Source of the DNA: Nemertoderma westbladi
Lineage: Eukaryota; Animalia; Xenacoelomorpha
Direction of reading: 5' to 3'
Length of the DNA: 64,000 bases
Assembly (NCBI GenBank): GCA_032718475.1
Contig: JAUCBJ010008878.1
Coordinates: forward strand, 1 to 64,000
Below, piece by piece: positions 45,082-58,191 of the stretch. Numbering within the stretch: position 1 is the stretch's first letter; every line of letters starts with the position of its first letter. The position numbers were made by a program, and so were the translations under genes. The notes under the pieces were generated by a model that saw nothing but the letters and a program-made list of their open reading frames with translations, ran no database searches and was not told the DNA's origin.

Positions 45082-46491
45082 TTTTTGAGAGTAATCAGCT
45101 TTTATTTGTGTCCAATTTCCCTTGGAGGGATGAATTTTTATTGCGTCCAGTTCCCCCTCACCCCCCCCCCCCCCCCATCTGCCTTTTCCTTAATTCTGTA
45201 ATTGATTTTAGATATAAATTATCGAAATCGGATTTACCCAACCGCCCCACCCATCCCATCAATATAGTACCGGTATAGTGGTAGCTGGTAGGCCTATATA
45301 ATTATTTCTTGCCAGTGCCAGTACCGGTATAGTAAAAGTTCGTAAGCTAAAATAAATATTCTGACTTCTAATACCTGAATACTAAATTAAGGTAGGCCAA
45401 CCCGGTCTGCCGGTATGTTAAACTACAGAACTAGGCCTACCTCTGTTTTAGATTTTATGCGATCTTATCACCTTATTATAATGTACAACAGACTGACAGA
45501 GGCTTTAAGTAGGCCTAGCCCGATCGTTGATCAGTTGATTAATATTAATAATAATAATTCTGTAATTATTATAATAAAGAGTTATAGTGACTGAGTGACC
45601 CAGTGACATTGACATACAGATGGAACCAAAACAAAACTATCAATACATTAGCGTTAGAAGTGAAAGCTGGGAAGTGAAGGGTCACTGACCTGTTCCCCTT
45701 CACATGTGGAACCTGGAACATAATTCAGTTTTAACAGTAGGTCTAAGGCAGTACCGTAGCCTACTGCAGTAAGGACATTCGTATTTTTGTAACGGCTGAA
45801 CGGGTCCCCTCCCCACTTGCCACTGCCCATACTGCCATACAGCCATATAAACCAGTAAACACCCTACAGCCCAAAATAACCTAAATACATACGGCAGTAC
45901 GGTACTTTTGCAAAGTACAGAAGTAGGCTACAGGGCTACAGAAGTACCGGTACCCGAAGTCTGAAAGCAGCCCTTGAACCAAACTGCCTAACACGAAACA
46001 CCCAAAAGACCGTCTACTGGTCCTTTGGGTAGTTCATACCGTATCTGCGTATATTTTGGGTACTTTTGGGTTCTTTCGGGTTTTCTATTTTCTATTAAAT
46101 GATTTAGGCCTATCTATTACTGCTGTACTGTCTGAATGTTCCAGTATGCTAATTCGTACTGTTGTAAGGCTGTAAGACTGCAAGATGTACAGTTAGGAAG
46201 TTTCAGTTTCAGTCCCTATCAGCCTATGGGCAGGACATCTGAATTGGGGCTGGAGAAAGCCACATAAAACGGACCGTTTGCTTAGCAATCAAGGTGGTTA
46301 GCAATCCAGCCCCAATTCACTTTTGATGGGCTGGATTGTCTCAGTCTGTCTGTAAGAACAAGTCTCTTGCCCCATTTTACCCTCTGGCTGGAATAATAAA
46401 AAGTCATGCTGTGTGTTTTGTTGTTATTGCTTATGCTTATAGATAGTGTTGTAAACTGTGTACTATATGTGTACTATATATATACCATATA

Positions 46492-48320
46492 CAGTCGGGG
46501 TCTCAAAGTGCATCTGTTCTTTGAGTTTTTCTCAAAGAACTAAAAGTGTCTCAAAGTTCTAAAAGTAGTCCAAGAAATGACAAAGTGTGTCCTCAAAGAT
46601 TTCAAAGTAGTACTGTCAGTCATTTCATACAGACGTGGCTGAAGCTGGCTATGGTATGGGTATATTGACTTTGACTAAAGAGTCGAAATATAAGTAATAA
46701 AAAACTCTATGAAACAATAAGACTGCCTCCAAAAAATACTGCAGTATTAAATATTTGTTACTGCAGTGACAATTAATTATTACTGCAGTAATAACAAATT
46801 TTCTTTTTCTACAGTAACAATTATTTGTTACTGCAGTAAAAAAAAATTTGTTTATATTTTAAACAGCAGTAATAAATATTTGTTAAGACTGCAGTAATAA
46901 ATATTTGTTACTGCAGTTTCAAATATTTATTACTGCAGTAATAAAAAAATGTTTTTCACTGCAGTACAGTAATATAAGAAATTGTTACACAGTTTTATTT
47001 ATTACTGAGTGATAAATATTTTTATATTTTTATTGTTTCATAGATGTTTTTATTAATTTATATTTTAACTCTTTACAGTCGGAGTCGCCATAATTTGGGG
47101 CTATCGGAATGTGTTGGTATTTGTGTCTTAGACTGTGTGTGTGTTGCCCTATCTATATTAGTGTGTATAGTACTTTTTAAATCTGTTTAGCCCACAGGGC
47201 CTTAGGAATGTGAACGCCGAATTCATTTACCCATGCATTTAAATGGTCAACCAGCCCTTCTTTGCCGCACTGATGGGGTTAAAACGTTGGTATCTGTATG
47301 CTATTGTGTTATACAAAGTAATGAATAAAATAGCGCATGAATACAGAGAAATGATTCGAGCTCACTAATTGGCTGTTCCCATAGATGTTTTAGGCATTGT
47401 AGATACGCAGTGTATATGGTCAGAGCGACCGCCCAGTCTGCCAAAATATATTAAGTTATCAAATGGGACCACAAGCCAAGCAAACAACAACACGACAGTT
47501 ATTTCCGGCTCTGCACCTGTTTGTTTGAAGGTCGCCGTCCGTGGGTCGCTACTCGCTAGCTGTGATTGATAGTTTAAACTGGGTGCCGCTTTGCCAGAAG
47601 GCGGTACACATCAATTGAATATCAGGCAAACATTTAAAATATGCTCAAATAGAAAACGCCCGGGGCAGGGGATATTTCAATATCTCTATTAAGGTAAAAC
47701 AACACAAGATTGTAGCCGTTCTATCTTACTTGAAAGTTGAAAGCCTTTCTTAGTTTTCAAGAAGGAATTCTCGCGCTCTCGTCACCGTAGTTATCATATT
47801 AAACAGTTAAGGTAGTACGGGTTGACCTCAGGTGACTAATGAAATGAATAACAAATGTTATTACAAACTTTCTCCCAACAGGGCTTCTTTAGGTCATTAT
47901 AATGAAACTGCGTATACACAGAGATACTACAGTGCAGTTTCTCTTAATTAATCATATATTATATTATTATTTAATTAATATATTGCATTAATCTTGTTAA
48001 TTAAATTAAACCTATCTGTTCCCCGCATGATATTGTTCCCCGAGAATGCCTCTGCATCTGTTAACTTACCACTAGCTGTCAATCAGGAATATCTCGAAGT
48101 TTATTTTCTCAAAGAATTCAAAGTGTCGCAAATTACCTCAAAGTGTTATTTCTCAAAGAATTCAAAGTGCCTAAAAGCAGGAAATCACTTTGATATTCCC
48201 AACTAAAAGTGTCTACAAGAATTCAAAGTGGCCGTTGGGAGTAATGTAATCACTTTTAGACACTTTTAGAAAATCTTTGAGAAAATCTCAAAGAACAGAT
48301 GCACTTTGAGACCCCGACTG
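46492..48320. mobile_element. Tc1/mariner-like non-autonomous element
   Basis: TIR cagtcggggtctcaaagtgcatctgttctttgag and its exact reverse complement; TA on both flanks; no ORF. Confidence 0.88.
46675..47080. repeat. Nested palindromic element with many tactgcagta repeats
   Basis: taaagagt..aaatataa.taataaaaa..ctatgaaacaataa / ttattgtttcatag..tttttatta.ttatattt..actcttta. Confidence 0.75.
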
Positions 48321-48344
48321 TAGACTATATATATATATATATAC

Positions 48345-48930
48345 CTATAAATCTTCATTTGCTGCAATTTTATCAATGGACGTAATTGAAGCATCCTCGT
48401 TAAGTAAGATTCAAAATTTTATGGTAGGTAGTGTTTTAGGTAGGTTTAGCTAGTAATTTCAACACTGGTTCCGACATCCTACTTCCCTCTATAAATATTT
48501 TGTAGTAGCTAGTTCTTCTTACTATTTGTATATAAAATGTTCCAGAAGATGTTAGCTATTCATTTAAAAAAAAAAAATATGTTCTAGAAGAAATATTTTT
48601 TGTTCTAGAACCTTTTTTAGATAAAAATCTGGATTCTATTTAAAACGCATGGAATCGATCTAAAACGTGTTTAAAATCAAAATGTTCGATCTAGAACATA
48701 TTTTTTTTAAAAAATGAATAGCTAATATCTTCTGGAACATTTTTATACAAATAGTAACAAGAACTAGCTACTACAAAATATTTATAGAGGGAAGTAGGAT
48801 GTCGGAACCAGTGTCGAAATTACTAGCTAAACCTACCTAAAACACTAGCTACCATAAAATTTTGTATCTTACTAAACGAGGATGCTTCAATTACGTCCAT
48901 TGATAAAATTGCAGCAATGAAAATTTATAG
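48345..48930. repeat. Near-perfect palindrome of about 585 bp (MITE-like)
   Basis: Arms of about 270 bp (ttgctgcaattttatcaatggacgtaattgaagcatcctcgtt...) with few mismatches. Confidence 0.9.
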
Positions 48931-49324
48931 AACTCTCCCCATATCAAAATATCAAATTGTTGTAAAAAAAATCTTGCCCCCAGTCACCGCCCCCAGTTAA
49001 CTCGATGGCATGGCCTTGTATATAGTACGCCTTGGTTGTATAATGATTGACAATCTCAATATTACACTTACATGAGTGGAAGGATTACACTGTACATTAT
49101 CTCTCTAGATACATCAAACATCACTGCTTGCTGCTAGCTAGGTAGACTGTAGGTAGAAGGCAACAAGGCAAGGGGCGACCTGGCGCTGGCACCTGGGGGA
49201 GCTGGCACTGGGCAGCGGGGTAGGCCTATAATTAACCAAGCAATCTATTTATTGCAGGCCACATACACTAAGTGGCCAATATAATTTTGATGGCAAGAAT
49301 AGGTTAATTTCGGGTGTACACATT

Positions 49325-49670
49325 AAACAGACACCTGGCTGCCTGGTGCAGACACTGGTGCTGAACCGAAACTGGTGCCGACACTATTGCAGACACCTGG
49401 TGCAGACACTGATACAGACACCTGGTCCAGAACTGCCCAACACTGGTCCAGAACTGCCCAACACTGGTGCAGATAATGGTGCAGACACAGTGCAGACACT
49501 GGTGCAGACTGGCAGACACTGGTGCAGACAATTGGTGCAGACACCTAGTACAGACACTGGTGCAGACTGGCAGACACTGGTGCAGACAATTGGTGCAGAC
49601 AGTGGTGCAGACAAGTGCAGACACCTGGTGCAGACAAGTGCAGACACTGGAACATACCAGGCAGCCAGGG
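49325..49670 (+). repeat. Degenerate minisatellite built on tggtgcagacac
   Basis: Roughly 20 variants of tgcagaca. Confidence 0.88.
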
Positions 49671-51604
49671 TATTTTTTTTTCAAAATGTTCGCTGTGAAA
49701 TGTTTCTAAACGGGTAGAAAAAAAATTTAGAAAACCTAAATTTTGTTTAGCAAACCAAAATAATTTGCTAAAAGGCGATTTAATTGAGAAAGTGAAAAGT
49801 AGGACATGCTATAACTGTTGTAAGCTGCTATAACTGCTTGTTTTCTACTTTATTTTTTACGTACATTACATCCTGTAATCTTAAATACCATCGAAATATT
49901 AGGGGGTGGGTACACCAATTTTGGACAACTCTTCGATTTATCACTCTCAGCTGTCAGCGTTTCAAGATTGTTTGGTTTTGGCTATAATTTGGAATATATA
50001 TACTGTAGGTACCTAAGATGCTATTCTGTGCTGGAATTAACATTTTCTGCAATATCTCAATTAGGAATCGACCGGTTCGCGAATTTTGGCCGGTACCGGT
50101 GCAGGCCGGTTCTAAAAAAAACCAGCCTAACCGGAACCGGCGGTCCAAGGACGGTTTTTAATATTTATTTCATTGTTTAATTAGTTGGCATGTCGAAAAT
50201 CGTGAAACCGGCACCTGAAAGGTAACATTACTGCAACAGAACTGTAGTTTAACATGTTTAATAATGTGTGTATTATACGTAATAGCGGTATAGAGACAGG
50301 TTTAAATATTTGTATCTGTTTATGGTTCCAACAATATAAACCTGAGGGCGAGGGGGGCAGGGGGGCTGAGTAGGGAGATTTAACAGTATAAGACTAAGAG
50401 GTTTAATGTTTGATGAGTTTAGGGTAATAGGAAAATAAACTTATAGATACCCATGACCGACATAATTTATTAAGGCAATCTTTATATAGAACCAGAACTG
50501 AAAGTAAATTAATATGATGTATGTAATACCGGTAATAGGATAGGCCTAATAAAATATAGTAAGAAGTTAAAGAAGAGTATAAAAAAAAACCTGATACGAC
50601 ACCAACGAAATACATGTACTCAATCCAGCGTAGGACTGTTAAAAACCGGCGATGCACAAAACACAAACTAAAATACCCCTAGGTTAAAACAAAGTAGTGT
50701 AGAATCGGTAGAACTATTGAAATTTGAATAAGATATGTATGGATTATTAAAAACCGACTGAATTAAAATTTAAATAAAATATGTATGAATGAATGAATTA
50801 CTAAAAACTGACGGGGTAGGTTAGTGTGGCGAAAACAACATAAGTACCATAATTTTAAAAAAGTATTTAAAAATATTGACAATAAATTTGTAAATAAGTA
50901 CTGTTCTACAGGCTTAATACTACTTCTTACATGTCAATAACAAATACTGTAGTCTAAATTGATACCAAATTTAAATAAAGATTTCTTACGTGCAGATCCG
51001 AATGTGAAGCGATTATTGCCAAATGGTCAATAAAAATTAATTAATAGATTATGTATTCCTATATTATTGATACAATTAAAAATGATTTAATTTAAATATT
51101 GTAATTAAAATGTAGTATTCCTACTGTACCATAGGTTTTCATGCGTATATTTGGGCATGAAAGGGTTAATTAAATAAATAAATAAATTTATAGACTAGAA
51201 ATTAAATATAAATATAAACCAATCAATTAAGTTATTGAATTCATTAAATTTAGAGTTACAATTATCACGCATTGAAAAATGGTTTGGGCTACCTACAGAG
51301 AATAATCAAGTCAATGTTTTATGAAAAATGTTAACCTACTACTTTTTACAGTTTTATGAATGACTGATAAAAAATATTGATGACACTCTACAGGGAAATT
51401 TTAAAAGTATAATTTTAAGAAGCACACAAATGGGTGGGGGGGAGGGGGGGGGGGTTGCACGGGCTTTCTATTACATAGGCCTAAGCTACTAAGTACAGAA
51501 GTAGTTTGAAAATAAAACAATATTTTACAACAAATTAAAAATGTATAATTTCTTAATTATGTAAAAAGCACAAACTGTAGCAGGTTGATTGGTAGATTCA
51601 GAGA

Positions 51605-51735
51605 TTAAAACTAAATAATAACTAATCGCGAACTTAACTAATAAGTAATAACTAAACCGAAACTGAACTAAAACGAACTTAAACTAAACCCAAACTAAAC
51701 TAATAACAAAACCCGATTAAACTAATAACTAAACC
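51605..51735 (+). repeat. Low-complexity (aactaa)n repeat; related copy at 55833-55982
   Basis: Read directly from the sequence. Confidence 0.7.
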
Positions 51736-52099
51736 CCCTGACTGCAATACTTCCAAAACTTGCGCCAGGTAGTGCCATTATAACGCGCCAGTGGCGGGTC
51801 CGAAATCGCGCCAATACCAACCTACTACTGTACAAAATTTTTTTAAAAACATAAATAAAACATTAAACTGTTAAACTCATTTCCTAGCCATTCGTTAATA
51901 AAATTTATTGTCCTGGCTGCCCGGGTTCTCTCTTTAAAACATCTGATATTGAAACAGCTGATTAGTTTGTAACATAATACTAATATTTTTTGGCCTACAG
52001 TATTCGTATAATCTGCGATTTTCCAGAATTATATGTATATATTCGTATAGAATTCGTAGGTAGGTAACAGAATTCGTATATATATATACGAAGATGGAA

Positions 52100-55000
52100 A
52101 GTGGAAATGCAACCGCCAATGGAACCATCAACAAGTTAGCGATGACCATACGAGAAATCACGCGTCGGAATCATCGCGGCCCTCAGTCGGAGTTCTCTCC
52201 CAGGCCCAGGGAAACAAGTAAAGGGAGGGTCTAGCCCAGCACTGGGACCGTTCATTAAGTGTTGTCATTTTAATGCTCGCTCATTAAAAAATAAACTGAT
52301 AGAGTTACAATATTTACTATCTGATCAACAATACGATATAGTTTGCATAACTGAGACGTGGCTTAATAACGATGTACCAAATTCTTTACTAGTGAATGGA
52401 AGTAACTACTCGGTAATTGCCAGGGCTGACCGTAAACTCCGCGAGGGTGGAGGCGCCGCGATTTTAGCTCGTAACAATCTTAAATGTGTCGAAGTACCTC
52501 TCCCTGCTAACTCAAACAATACAGAATACTCGTTGGTGGTCATTGATATATTAGGCCATCTCGCTCTCTCCCATCGGTTAGCCTGTGTGTATAGGCCACC
52601 TCCCCGTCCGGATGTTTCAGATCACAGTCAGATCCTCTGGAATGACTATCAGTTCTTTGTGATGTTGTTTTTCCGTTTACCATTGTAGGTGATTTTAATT
52701 TTCCCCAATTCGATTGGAAAGAATTTTCTTACCCCGACAATTACCTGTATAATAAATTCGGTGATTTTGTGTTACAAAATAGTTTATACCAGATCCAGTT
52801 AGTCCCCACTTGTGGAGATAATGTTCTGGATCTAGTGTTTACTACTGACCGGAAATTTATCAGCGACGTTCACACTGACGCGCCGTTTTCCACTAGTAAC
52901 CACGATTGTGTTGTGTTTGATATCATTGTATGTAGAAATGACAGCGCACCTGCACCTATTACGGGATACTATGACGACTCAAACGGAGACTATACTTCTT
53001 TTAATAATTATATTAGAAATGCTAATCTTATTTCACAGCTTGCTTCTTGTACTACAGTGAATGAATATTACAATACTTTTAGTGCTGTAATTAAATCAGG
53101 TGTTGAACAATTTGTTCCTTTTAAATCGTTTAATGTCGATAAAAGAAAAAGTTATCCTTTATATGTTAAGCGCCTGCAGCGCACAAAAAAAAAGCTGTGG
53201 AAAAGGCGTAATACCGCGCATGGGAAACAGGCGTATCAGCGGGTGGCACTACTAGCTTCCAAAGCGGCTCTTCGTGCCACCTGCGCATACGAAACTAAAA
53301 TTCTCAACTCGGCCGACCCCAATAAAATATTTAAATATATGAACTCCAAAAGGAAGGATCGTAATGTAATTGGACCTTTGAAACATAACGGCGAAACTGT
53401 AGTAGATGACAGTACTAAGGCGAAAATTGTCGCCGACGTGCTAGCGGAAAATTTTTCGAATGACAACCACAGTGTCCCAATATTCAACCGTAGGGTTCCT
53501 ACGGGTACATCTTTGTCTACTGTAGATTTATCCCCAGTTCGTGTGTTAACAATGTTAACTAAAATGCCAGCCAAAAAGAGTGCGACGCCAGACAACTTGC
53601 CTAGCATTTTATTTGCCAGATTAGCTATTAATATCGCCGCACCACTATCTGTTTTATTTAAGTTATCTCTCGAAACATACACACTTCCATCTGCATGGCT
53701 CACAGCTACTATTATACCAATGTTTAAAAAGGGTGATCCTTGTAACCCATACAATTACCGTCCAATATCGTTAACGTGCATATCTTGTAAAGTGATGGAA
53801 ATGTGTATAAAAAGTGACATTATTCTGTATCTACGCAATAATAATATTATTTCGAAGTCCCAACACGGGTTTCTTCATCGTAAATCCACGTGTACCCAGC
53901 TATTAGATTGTGTGACTGACTGGTTTCGTATTTTAGATAAACGTAGGAATATCGATATTATATATGTCGACTTTGCCAAAGCTTTCGATTCTGTAGTTAA
54001 ATCAAAATTATTGTGTAAGTTAGCTGCTTATGGGATTTCTGGAAATCTACTAGATTGGTTGAATGCTTTCCTCTCAAACAGATCTCAACAAATTATTGTC
54101 GGAAATGAGTTTTCACCATTAGTTGCTGTGAAATCAGGCACACCCCAAGGAAGTGTTCTGGGACCAGTGCTATTTCTTGTTTTCATTAACGATCTGCCAG
54201 ACCTGTTTAATCCCATAACAGTGAAACTTTTTGCTGATGATGTGAAATTGTATTCTAGTACAACCGAGAGTGAATCCCTCGCCCAAGCACTCAGCAAGCT
54301 GGAGGCATGGGCGAGCGAATGGCAGCTCTCTATTGCAACCCATAAATGTATTGTTATTTATGTTGGCTCATCCAATGCGAAGCGCGAATACACTCTCAAT
54401 TCGTCTGTGCTCACCTCTGATACACACTGTAAGGACCTGGGCCTAACAATTTCATCCGATCTAAAATTCGATCTTTATTGTAGAGACCAAACAGCAAAAG
54501 CTTACAAAGTGATCAATATGTTATTCCGGAGCATCGTAACTAGTAACCGTCAAGCTTTAATAATAGCTTATAAAGCCATAGCTCGGCCACTTGTAGAATA
54601 TTGCACGCCTGTCTGGTCTCCACATACAAAACGCAGCATAGACATAATTGAGGGTGTTCAACGCTACTTTACTCGTCGTCTGTGTATGCGCTGTAAGATA
54701 CCCTACTCTAGCTACATGGACCGCCTCGAACTGCTTTCCCTACAACCTTTAGAAGTGCGTCGAATGATATTCGACCTAAAAATGGTTTACAAAATTACAC
54801 ACGGTCTTGTTGATCTTGACTTTGATAATTATTTCTCTCAAGCTCCCGGAGCTGGTCTTCGTGGCAACAGTAGGAAACTTTACGTACCTAGGTGTCGTTT
54901 AGATATCAGCAAACATTCTTTCTCATCTCGTGCAGTCAGATTATGGAATAATCTCCCTTCTTCAGTAGTTGATTCTTGTAACCTGAAAATATTTTCACAC

Positions 55001-55380
55001 AAGTTGCTGGCGATCGACTTTTTGGAACACTGTAATTTTACACGACCCCCTGGCAATCCATTATTTTTAGTACAACAGTGACAAATATCTTTTTTGTCAT
55101 TTTTTTTTATTGTTTTAGTTTTTCGTCTCGTTTTTCTTTTTATAAGTCTCAATTTTATTAGAAATTTAAAATATTATAGCAATTTGTAAAGTGTACTGTA
55201 TGTGCATTACAGTATATTTTATGTTCACTTTATAGTACCCAAACTCCCGTAAGTGCCTTGAGCCTGGGCAGTTTCCCTCCCTCGACCTTTTGTGTATTCT
55301 TTGTTCTGTATGTATGTTTCTATGTTATGTGTATTTCACATATTTTAATATCGAGTTTTTAAATAAAATAAATAAATAAA
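52100..55380 (+). mobile_element. CR1-group non-LTR retrotransposon, near-complete ORF2
   Basis: EN from about 52257 (FNARSLKNK, CITETWL, GGG, VYRPP, GDFN, LDLVFT); RT in 52769-55081 (NYRPISLTCISCKVME, QHGF, YVDFAKAFDSV, GTPQGSVLGPVLFLVFINDL, FADDVKLY, KDLG, EYCTPVWSP); one visible frameshift near 52650; (AAAT)n tail. The 5' boundary is approximate. Confidence 0.92.
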
Positions 55381-55599
55381 TATAATTTCATTGGCCCATC
55401 AATGTTTTACCATGTCAATAATTAACAATTCAATATACTGTACGTACTACAGCTGTATGTATTGACTTGAATTATACAGTATAGTGGTGTGTTGTTATTT
55501 TGTCTTATAAGAAACACACAAAGTCAATTTGTAAATTTATAATCAGAAAGCGATTTTAACAAAACAAATATTTAAATGAAACGCGAGCGAAGCAAGCGA

Positions 55600-55830
55600 A
55601 TTTTTTTTGTGGCAAATTCTTGGTCTCACTTCTGCACTTTGCACGAACTTTAAAAGCTTTGAGAGCACGAGCTTTGAGAGCCTTGTCGCTCAGCGCCAGG
55701 GAACTCATATCGCGCCTGTCGCAATATTCGCAATATTCTGCAAATCACGCTGGAGAGACCTGGCGCTCCTCGCCAGGACTCATACTTCGCGCCAGATATA
55801 TTCACCTAACTGGTGTATGTATTGCAGTGT
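55600..55830 (+). repeat. Dispersed repeat; second copy at about 57805-57985
   Basis: Shared ttttttgtggcaaattcttg.tctcacttctgcac...acttcgcgccagatatattcacctaactg. Confidence 0.75.
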
Positions 55831-56837
55831 GGCTAAACCCGAACTAAACTAATAACTTAACCTGAACGGAACTAAAACTAATTAATAACTAAACTAAAAC
55901 GAACTTAAAACTAATCCCGAACTAAACTAATAAATAACTAAACCAGAACGAAACTAAAACTAATTAATAACTAAACTAAAACATACATACAAGGATGGAA
56001 CTTCTGGGCTCTCAGACAGTCAGACCAGTCTGCCGGTAGGTAGTCACTATATCAGACTATGATATGTACAGCATGACAGATGTATACTAGTCAAGTCATG
56101 CTAGTACAGTAGTACAGTCAAGTCAGACAGTAGTACATGTATTAGGCCTACTGCTGTACTGTAGTACACCAGCTGACCAGTGGGCCAGTAATGTCTGTTT
56201 CTACTGTGTAGTAATGTAGTATAGCCTAGGCCAGTCTGCCAGTAGGCCTACTGCTAATGCTGTAACAGTTACATAACTGCATAACTAGCCATTATTAAAA
56301 AATCGAAACCGGCACTGATTTAAAAAAAAAACCGGACCGGTACCGGTTCGGCCAAAACCGGCACCTACCGGTACCCTACCTGTGCACCGGTCGATTCCTA
56401 ATCAGGAATCAGCTAATCTCAATAACTCTGTAACTATTCGTTTTGATGGTGTCTACCCCCACTAAATCGGTCATTGCGGTTCTAATGAGCATACTACAAC
56501 TACTGTACTATAAACTGATAAATGCAGTACTGCAGCAGGAGAACTAAAAGTTGTCCATCGCGAAAATTGAGAATAAAGGTTACTCGCACCGCACTCAAAG
56601 GCTGAAAGGGTAGGTTCTGGCCATATGCTGATATGGCACTACTTCCCTAGGTCTGTAGGTCCCAAAATCAAAATTTTGGTATCTACCACTACCAGTCTAC
56701 TGTCAGACTGTAAGACTGTAACTACTGAACTAAGTTTGGACCCATTTGATGATATGTAATGCATGCAGGAAGTTCTTTCTTGAGTCATTGATCTTTCATA
56801 ATGTGTTATATTGTGATAAATTTCATTACAGTTATGA

Positions 56838-57270
56838 ACACTGGCTGACTGGTCACTTTCTGGCTGGAGCTCAGCCAAAAATTGTCCACATATTTACAGC
56901 CAGAAAGTGTCCGTGCAGCCACTATTTCAGTATTTGTCCTTCAACAGGCTGCGATTATATTTCCGGACATATTTTGGCTGTACCTCCACTAGTACTCAAA
57001 GCAGAAGCTGGGCACATAATGTGACAATTTTTATTTTTAATAGGCCTATTAATGATAGTTGTCCCAACGATGAGATTCTAATTCTCAAATTAATTTATAC
57101 AGAATTTTATGGCGATTCTAATGTCATAGGCCTAATTTTTAGAATGCCAATGTTAAAATTTCACTGCCAGTTTTCAAATGAAATTTAGCATTGTTTTCTA
57201 TGGAGAAATTTCACTCTGAGAGCGTTTTCCGAACATTTTGGCTGTAAATTGGACAAATTGTGACCAGTGT
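56838..57270. mobile_element. Probable MITE
   Basis: actggtcac / gtgaccagtgt ends; internal cagccaaaa / ttttggctgta inverted repeats. Confidence 0.45.
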
Positions 57271-58191
57271 TCCTGGCTGCATTATCATTATGGCAGGGTG
57301 CAGGGTGCATCGCGATGGCTCAAAATTTCAACCCTTTTGGGATCCGTGAAGATATAGATGAAATTTATAGAATTTTTTTGCCTTATTTTTTTACCATTTG
57401 GCAACTTTTGTGCACTGGTAGAACAATGAAATCGAAAAAAGTAAAAAACGCACCGCCAGTACGGTACAATACTACAATCATAGCATTTAGACCTACAATT
57501 TTTTACAGTAGGCGTAGGGCGGGGCTGCAGGGTGACAGACCGAACATAATCAGGATCGAATGTAACATTTTCCTTTATCTGTTTATGGAGATGTTTAACC
57601 TTATTGTAAAGCGTTCCTACTGGAATTTTGTAGAGTTCAGAGTTCATGGGCTTTTCTATATGTCATTTCTCATTTGTAGGCCTAGCTGAGATATAGGCTA
57701 GCGTTCAAAGATTGCAAGAAGAATTGTTCGCTCACATAACTGCATAATGTTCTGGAACATGTATTGTTTATGTATGAATAGTTACACAATAGATATATTG
57801 AGAAATTTTTTTGTGGCAAATTCTTGTTCTCACTTCTGCACGAACTTGAAGAGCTTTGAGAACCCTGTCGCTTATCCAGTTAACAATATTCTGCAGATCG
57901 CCCCTGAGAACCAGATTAGCTTACTTCGCGCCAGATATATATTCACCTAACTGTCAGACTGTTCTTGGTGTATGTATTGCAGTCAGGCAGTTGGGCTTTG
58001 AGAGCCCTGCAGCGCCAGGACTCTTACTTCATGTCAGATATATTCACATATCTAGTGTAGGCCTAAGTACTGAAGTATTGTAGTCGGGAAGCCAGTACAG
58101 CAGTCTGGCAGTACCGGCTGACCGGTCAGCCGGTAGGCAGGTAAGTCTGTCTTTAGTGCAGTTTTGCAGTTAGTGCTTAGCTATCTTAATT

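Larger units (their letters stand above)
50062..56400. mobile_element. hAT-like non-autonomous element carrying a LINE insertion
   Basis: TIR taggaatcgaccggt / accggtcgattccta, accgg-rich subterminal regions; 8-mer atctcaat at 50054-50061 recurs at 56416-56423. Confidence 0.7.

Noticed and set aside
49304-49717. Cys-rich, metallothionein-like ORFs
   Set aside because: Translations of the tggtgcagacac minisatellite in multiple frames on both strands.
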